A model generated the notes under the pieces. It was not told the DNA's origin. It did no database searches and saw nothing but the letters and a program-made list of their open reading frames with translations. The translations under genes were made by a program, and so were the position numbers. Below, piece by piece: positions 58,736 to 64,000 of a stretch of 64,000 bases of DNA. This DNA is from a bacterium (GTDB taxonomy: Bacteria; Bacillota_I; Bacilli_A; RFN20; CAG-826). The number at the start of each line of letters is the position of its first letter. Within the stretch, counting starts at the first letter, position 1. Where the stretch lies: NCBI GenBank assembly GCA_029098125.1, contig JAQXNS010000009.1, positions 6,556 through 70,555 on the forward strand, in the 5' to 3' direction.

Positions 58736-61002
58736 AAAATTTTGCTTTAATAGGAAATCCAAACTCTGGTAAAACAACTTTATTTAACTCATTAACTGGA
58801 AGTACAGCTCACGTTGGAAACTGGCCAGGTGTTACAGTTGATAAAAGAGAAGGAAAATATAAATATAAAAAAGAAAATATTGAAGTCAACATTGTTGACT
58901 TACCAGGTATTTATTCATTATCCCCATATACATCTGAAGAAGTTATCTCTAGAAATTATATTTTAGAAGAAAATCCAGATTGTATTATCAATATTATTGA
59001 TGCAACAAATTTTGAAAGAAATTTATATCTCACAACTCAAGTAATTGAGATGAATGTTCCAGTCATTGTAGCTTTAAACATGATTGATATTGTTGAAAAA
59101 AACGGAAATTCAATAAATGAAAAGCTCCTTGAAAAAACATTAGGTGTCCCAGTTATTGGAATTAGTGCATTAAAAGAAGAAAATTTAGATACATTAATGA
59201 TAAAAGCATTAGGTGCATCAAATAAAACAAGAAAAGGACTATCAGTAATTAAAGATGAAAAAATTAGTTCATTAATTAAGAAGATTGAAGCTGAGTATCA
59301 AAACAAAAATGTACAAAACTCATTATTTCATGCAACAAAATTAATTGAAAATGATGAAATTGAAGTCAAGAACAACGAAAATTTAGTTTCAATTATTGAT
59401 GAATATAAAAAAGATAATTATTCAAATAGTGAAGATACTGATTTTGAAGCTACAATTGCTGATTTAAGATATCAATTCATCACAAACGAATGCAATAAAG
59501 CAGTTAAAGCAGAGAAAAACGGTAAAGAAAAAATAAGTTTCTCAGATAGAGTAGACAAAATTTTGACAAATAAATGGATTGGAATCCCAATATTTTTAGT
59601 GATTTTATTCCTTATTTTCCATTTAACATTCTCTACGAATCTCTTCTTTATTGGTTCTTTTGGATTATTTGAAAATGTTCCGTTGTTATTTGAAGGCACA
59701 CCTTATGAGGAATTATTTTATACGTCTGAAGGCATAAATTCCTTCGGCGTCATGTTACAAAATTTAGTTATTGGAACAACAGACATGATAAGTTCTTTAG
59801 TTAATGATGGACTTGTTAGCGTGAATACTCCAGATTGGTGCGTAGGTCTTATCGTTGATGGCGTCTTAGGCGGAATATTCTCAATTTTCTCATTTTTACC
59901 ACAAATCTTGCTCTTATTTTTATTCTTTTCAATAATTGAAGATAGTGGATATATGGCTCGAATCGCATTTATTCTAGATAGAATTTTTAGGAAATTCGGT
60001 TTGAGTGGCAGAGCATTTTTACCTCTTATTATGGGATTTGGCTGTTCTGTTCCAGCCATGATCAACACAAGAACATTAGCAGATGATAAAGAAAAAATCG
60101 CAACAATTAGAGTAATACCATTTTTCTCTTGTGGTGCAAAGCTTCCTATTTTAACTGCCATTTCAGGAGCTATTGTTACTCAATTTGGTTTAGCTAATGC
60201 TGATTTAATCACTTACTCAATGTATCTTCTTGGTATGATTGTTGCAATTATTTCAATCATTTTAATGAGAAATACAATAATGAGAGGTAAAATCCCACCA
60301 TTTATTATGGAATTACCTGAGTATCATTTACCTCAATTTAAATCTTTGGTGATTCATTTATGGGATAAACTGAAACATTTCGTTAAAAAAGCTTTCACAA
60401 TTATTCTTGCAAGCACAATTATTATTTGGTTTATATCACATTTTGCTTGGAACTGGTCATTCTTGGAAGATGCTGAATTAAATCAATCAATTCTTTCAAG
60501 TATTGGTCAATTTATTCAACCAATTTTCACTCCACTTGGCTTTGGTTCGCAACTTGGTCAATTTGGATGGGTATTTGCGGTTGCAGCAATTACTGGTTTA
60601 ATTGCAAAAGAAAATGTTATTGCAACATTTGCAACTTTAGCTGCTTCTTTAACTGCAGGCTTTGTGGCAGATGATGCATTAGGTGGAATCGATTCTGTTA
60701 TCGAAATGATCAATGCAACAGGTATCAACGTTCCTGGTTTAATTGCTTTTATTGCATTTAATATGCTAACAATTCCTTGCTTTGCAGCTGTTGCAACTGC
60801 AAAATCTGAACTTCCAAAAAATAAATTTAAATCAACAATTTTGTTCTGGATAATCACATCATTTGTTGTTTCTTCAATGGTTTATTTAATCGGAACATTC
60901 TATTGGACAGTATTTATTTACATAGCTTTGATTGCTGTAGTCATTATCTTGATCTATTTATATAACAGAAGAATGAATAAGATAGAAAAAGGATTAAATT
61001 AA
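58732..61002 (+). CDS. feoB: ferrous iron transporter FeoB (G-domain + multi-TM permease)
   Basis: G1 'LIGNPNSGKTTLFNSLTG', G3 'DLPG'; C-terminal polytopic membrane domain. Confidence 0.9.
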   Translation: MKNFALIGNPNSGKTTLFNSLTGSTAHVGNWPGVTVDKREGKYKYKKENIEVNIVDLPGIYSLSPYTSEEVISRNYILEENPDCIINIIDATNFERNLYLTTQVIEMNVPVIVALNMIDIVEKNGNSINEKLLEKTLGVPVIGISALKEENLDTLMIKALGASNKTRKGLSVIKDEKISSLIKKIEAEYQNKNVQNSLFHATKLIENDEIEVKNNENLVSIIDEYKKDNYSNSEDTDFEATIADLRYQFITNECNKAVKAEKNGKEKISFSDRVDKILTNKWIGIPIFLVILFLIFHLTFSTNLFFIGSFGLFENVPLLFEGTPYEELFYTSEGINSFGVMLQNLVIGTTDMISSLVNDGLVSVNTPDWCVGLIVDGVLGGIFSIFSFLPQILLLFLFFSIIEDSGYMARIAFILDRIFRKFGLSGRAFLPLIMGFGCSVPAMINTRTLADDKEKIATIRVIPFFSCGAKLPILTAISGAIVTQFGLANADLITYSMYLLGMIVAIISIILMRNTIMRGKIPPFIMELPEYHLPQFKSLVIHLWDKLKHFVKKAFTIILASTIIIWFISHFAWNWSFLEDAELNQSILSSIGQFIQPIFTPLGFGSQLGQFGWVFAVAAITGLIAKENVIATFATLAASLTAGFVADDALGGIDSVIEMINATGINVPGLIAFIAFNMLTIPCFAAVATAKSELPKNKFKSTILFWIITSFVVSSMVYLIGTFYWTVFIYIALIAVVIILIYLYNRRMNKIEKGLN

Positions 61003-61003
61003 T

Positions 61004-61183
61004 ATGGTAGTTGCAATAGTAACAATTTGTTTAATTATTCTATTCTTTATGTCATTAATTCTCAGACATATATATAGGAAAAAGAATCATTTACCAACTG
61101 GCGAATGTGCATGTTGTAAAAAAGTCAATACAAGTAAAATCTATAAAGAATATAGAAAAAAATATCCTTTAAATAAAAATTAA
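61004..61183 (+). CDS. small FeoB-associated Cys-rich membrane protein (59 aa)
   Basis: ATG 1 nt after feoB stop; one TM helix 'VVAIVTICLIILFFMSLIL' then 'GECACCKK' motif; below the ORF-track size cutoff. Confidence 0.45.
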   Translation: MVVAIVTICLIILFFMSLILRHIYRKKNHLPTGECACCKKVNTSKIYKEYRKKYPLNKN

Positions 61184-61209
61184 AGAATAAAAATACTTAA
61201 AAAAAGATT

Positions 61210-61252
61210 AGCAGTAATTTGAATTTTGCATACAAATTACTGCTATTTTTTA
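61210..61252 (+). terminator. rho-independent terminator of the feo operon
   Basis: Stem AGCAGTAATTTG (61210..61221) / CAAATTACTGCT (61233..61244) followed by ATTTTTT. Confidence 0.55.
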
Positions 61253-61262
61253 TTATGAATTT

Positions 61263-61294
61263 CTCAAAAACCCTGCAGAACCCCACTATTTTTG
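61263..61294 (-). repeat. REP-like element 'CTCAAAAACCCTGCAGAACCCCACTATTTTTG'
   Basis: Immediately after the feo terminator. Confidence 0.65.
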
Positions 61295-61443
61295 AAAATA
61301 TTTTCATTTTTAATGTAACTTTTAAAAGACTAAAATTGTCGTTAATTATTTTAAATATTATTTTTATATTAATATACAAATTAATTAATTTATTTTTTTT
61401 TAATAACAAAATTATAATTTTAAAATCTGATGAGGGGAGTTAA

Positions 61444-62607
61444 ATGAGATTTATAAAATTTTTCGTTATTTCTTTATGTTTTTTATTAACATCATGTAGT
61501 TCTACAGTTATTAAGGATACGACCGAAGATACTGTGGATAACAATGATAATAAAGAAGATAACAATAATTCAAATGTTGAAAGTGAAGAACCTTCTTTAT
61601 GTTCTGATTTATCTAAAGACGAAGTTATTAAAGGTGAAAAGCGGGATGACATATCTTGTATTTTTTCTTTTGTATTGAATGAGACAAAGGAAGAAATTCC
61701 AAGTGTGGATGCCAAATTTTATGAAGCATCCTTTGGTGTAAATGATGATAATAATATTACTTTTGCCTATATAAAATGTTTTGATGTAAGAGAAGCTTTG
61801 GTTAAATCTATATATGAAAAATCTTTAAAAGAAAATGGTTTTTTAATTTCTAGTGCCTATTCTTTGGGATATAAAGAAGTTTCCAAAACGACAGATTTAT
61901 ATATTCAATATGGGTTAGTTGAAGAAGAGGATCAAAAGCATTTTGATCTTATGGTTTATGAAGTTGTTGCAAGAATTGAAACTTTTCCAAAAGATACTAT
62001 CAAATACTATCTAGGTGTAGATGTTTCTCCATTAGAAGCGGAAAGTTATGGAATTTCTCAAGATTTTGTTGGTTCTAATTATTCGATTAGACTTTTGATT
62101 AATTGTTATAACACAAATCAGCAAAACTTTAATTCTTATTTAGATCTTCTTAGAGAAGAAAACTATATTCTTGAAGAATCAAATGATCTATATTACGCAA
62201 CAAGCAATGATTTATTAACGAAAATTGTTTTATATATGTATGATGATAAAACTGTTCAAATGTCTATTACATCATCTTATCCATACAGTTATGAATTAGC
62301 TATTTTAGGTTTTTCATTACCTAAATTCACAAACAAGTATTCATCAATTTCATACTCCTTTGTATACGATAAAAATGATAACGAAATTTTAGCTATTTAC
62401 TACGAAGGAATTAAAAGTGATGATTTATATGAATATGGAGCATTACTTGAAGAAGTAGGATTTGCTAATTCTTACTTAGGAACAAGCGAGGGACAATATA
62501 CAATTACAACATCAGAGTATATATATAATAAGGATAATAGCGAACATAAAGTAAGTTTAATGTACTGCCTTGAATTAAACGAGATTTGTGTTGCAATTTT
62601 ATATTAA
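61444..62607 (+). CDS. lipoprotein
   Basis: Lipobox 'FLLTSCSSTV'. Confidence 0.6.
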   Translation: MRFIKFFVISLCFLLTSCSSTVIKDTTEDTVDNNDNKEDNNNSNVESEEPSLCSDLSKDEVIKGEKRDDISCIFSFVLNETKEEIPSVDAKFYEASFGVNDDNNITFAYIKCFDVREALVKSIYEKSLKENGFLISSAYSLGYKEVSKTTDLYIQYGLVEEEDQKHFDLMVYEVVARIETFPKDTIKYYLGVDVSPLEAESYGISQDFVGSNYSIRLLINCYNTNQQNFNSYLDLLREENYILEESNDLYYATSNDLLTKIVLYMYDDKTVQMSITSSYPYSYELAILGFSLPKFTNKYSSISYSFVYDKNDNEILAIYYEGIKSDDLYEYGALLEEVGFANSYLGTSEGQYTITTSEYIYNKDNSEHKVSLMYCLELNEICVAILY

Positions 62608-62623
62608 ATTTGGAGGTATTTTA

Positions 62624-64000
62624 ATGAAAAAGAAAATTTTATTTATTTTATCATTGGGAGTTTTACTTAGTATTGGAAGCGTTACAAGTTGTTCTAGCGA
62701 TATGCCAAATGATGAAAATAATAATAAAGAACCAAGCGGAGGCGATGAGAAACCAAACCCTACTCCTGATCCAGAACCAGAGCCAGATCCTGAACCTGAG
62801 CCAGACCCTACACCAGACCTAGAGCCTGATCCAGAACCAGATCCAGAACCAGAGACACCTTTATCTGTTTTAGAAAAGGCACTTAAAAAAGATTACTCAA
62901 ATCTTACAGCAAATGTTTATATGCAATATGAAAACGGTGAAATGAGTGAGTCTTTCCAAGAATATTATTTCGATAATTACGTTTTTACATATAGTAGTGA
63001 TATTGCTGAAAGCTATGGTTATGAAAATGCTTTTTTAGAATATTATGTTGAAAAAGAAAATGATATTTTTGAAAGTTATTTATATTTTGAAAAAGAAGCA
63101 GGAAATCCTAATTCAAAAGGTGGATGGCTTCAAGAAGGATATCATAACGCAGATCTTTCTATTTGGAACGCTTATCTATATCTTCCATTTTTGCTTAATG
63201 GGTTTAATGCGGATACCTTATCTTATTCTGAAGGTTTATATTATATTAATGATTCAAAAGTTGTAGAAACTCTGAATCGAACAGCGTTCGGATTTGCATG
63301 GTATAACGAAGTAATTGATGTTTCTTTTTTAATAAATGAAGCTGGCTACATCAATAAAATCATTGCATTATGTGATGAAAATTTTGAAGACCCAAAGAAT
63401 TATATCATTATAGATTTATATAATTTTAATGAAACAGCAGCCCCAACTGGCATAAGTAAGCATGATGCGCCAAATGAAACTAATAAAATTAGATATTATG
63501 AGTATAAAGGTTATGAAAAAGATTATGAAAAAGCATATTACAAATCAATAGATCTTAAAATAACTGAAAATCAAGAGTACGAAAAAGATGCTGCAAGCAA
63601 TCCAGTTATCAATCTAGATGATAGAATCGAATTAGAACTTGTATTGGATCCAACAGAATTTAAAGAGTATCAAATTGTTGATGAAAAAAATAGACAAGTA
63701 ACTTGGCACTATGATGAAACTATGATTGAACTTGAAGCCGCATATACTAGTGGACATAAAATTGTACATGCGATGAAATCGGGCGAAACTGAAATATATG
63801 CAACCGTTGAGGGTGAAAACGGCACATTAGAATCTAGCCATATAAAAATCATTATTAATGAAAAGTCACAAATTGATTCAACTGGTGCCCTTTATGATTT
63901 ACAAATAATAAATATTGATTCTGAAAATCATACTGCTAGAGCTTTGAATAAGACTGAAGAGTCCTTAGATGATTATAGTATTTCTGTTGGAAGCGGTGCA
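62624..64000 (+). CDS. lipoprotein with Pro/Glu/Asp-rich (PEPDPEPE) linker; continues past the window end
   Basis: GGAGG RBS 62612..62616; lipobox 'GSVTSCSSD'; 'PNPTPDPEPEPDPEPEPDPTPDLEPDPEPDPEPE'; Ig-like (Big-type) pattern near the end; no stop in window so absent from ORF track. Confidence 0.6.
   Translation, partial: MKKKILFILSLGVLLSIGSVTSCSSDMPNDENNNKEPSGGDEKPNPTPDPEPEPDPEPEPDPTPDLEPDPEPDPEPETPLSVLEKALKKDYSNLTANVYMQYENGEMSESFQEYYFDNYVFTYSSDIAESYGYENAFLEYYVEKENDIFESYLYFEKEAGNPNSKGGWLQEGYHNADLSIWNAYLYLPFLLNGFNADTLSYSEGLYYINDSKVVETLNRTAFGFAWYNEVIDVSFLINEAGYINKIIALCDENFEDPKNYIIIDLYNFNETAAPTGISKHDAPNETNKIRYYEYKGYEKDYEKAYYKSIDLKITENQEYEKDAASNPVINLDDRIELELVLDPTEFKEYQIVDEKNRQVTWHYDETMIELEAAYTSGHKIVHAMKSGETEIYATVEGENGTLESSHIKIIINEKSQIDSTGALYDLQIINIDSENHTARALNKTEESLDDYSISVGSGA

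Noticed and set aside
1-64000. TGA=Trp (Mycoplasma code 4)
   Set aside because: Multiple well-supported genes end at TGA (15062..15064, 27086..27088), and no long ORF requires TGA read-through.

Overview
The window is strongly AT-rich, low-GC DNA. TGA acts as a stop codon (for example at 15062..15064 and 27086..27088), and TGG is used for Trp, so the Mycoplasma/Spiroplasma code is excluded. Lipoprotein lipoboxes ('LTSCS', 'LLSCTPP', 'LTGCQSN') and IS1634-family insertion sequences point to an Acholeplasma-like Mollicute or a related low-GC Firmicute. This taxonomic call is inference. No tRNA, rRNA or CRISPR array was seen.

The first 41 kb reads as accessory, defense and mobile DNA:
- Three AAA_21/PrrC-type ATPases, two of them paired with small Toprim-like ('VEG' motif) partners and resembling RloA/RloB or a split OLD nuclease.
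- A candidate type II Thoeris pair: a 2-TM protein with a Macro-like domain followed by a TIR-like protein.
- A dGTPase-type HD phosphohydrolase.
- An RloC/PrrC-like ATPase with a CxxC zinc hook.
- Several AAA_14/DUF4143-type ATPases, including a degenerate-plus-intact tandem pair and two decayed fragments.
- An SDH/ClpP-fold protease beside a PIN-like protein.
- A C10 (streptopain-like) cysteine peptidase with an upstream lipoprotein, flanked by two divergent IS1634-family elements.
- A freshly inserted ISL3 element with perfect inverted repeats and an 8-bp target duplication.
- Two paralogous modules that pair a secreted Ser/Thr-rich beta-strand protein (aerolysin-like pattern) with MacB-type fused ABC ATPase-permeases.

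The last 23 kb is core-like:
- An AraC-regulated sugar ABC-transporter locus carrying a GH172/DUF2961-like protein, three tandem beta-propeller glycosidase paralogs (possibly DUF4185/GH183), a Big_2 surface protein, a SIS-only arabinose-5-phosphate-isomerase-like gene, a ribokinase-family kinase and an MsmK-like ATPase. This suggests a D-arabinofuranose glycan utilisation route.
- A DtxR-feoA-feoA-feoB locus, followed by lipoprotein genes.

Two dispersed repeat families run through the window: a roughly 30-75 bp 'CAAAAATAGTGGAGTTCTGCAGGGTTTTTG' element with seven or more copies, mostly at gene 3' ends, and a roughly 40-bp IS-associated repeat. A 140-bp direct repeat pair brackets about 31.5 kb of the island. 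Direct-repeat arrays with about 33-bp spacing sit upstream of AAA_14 genes.
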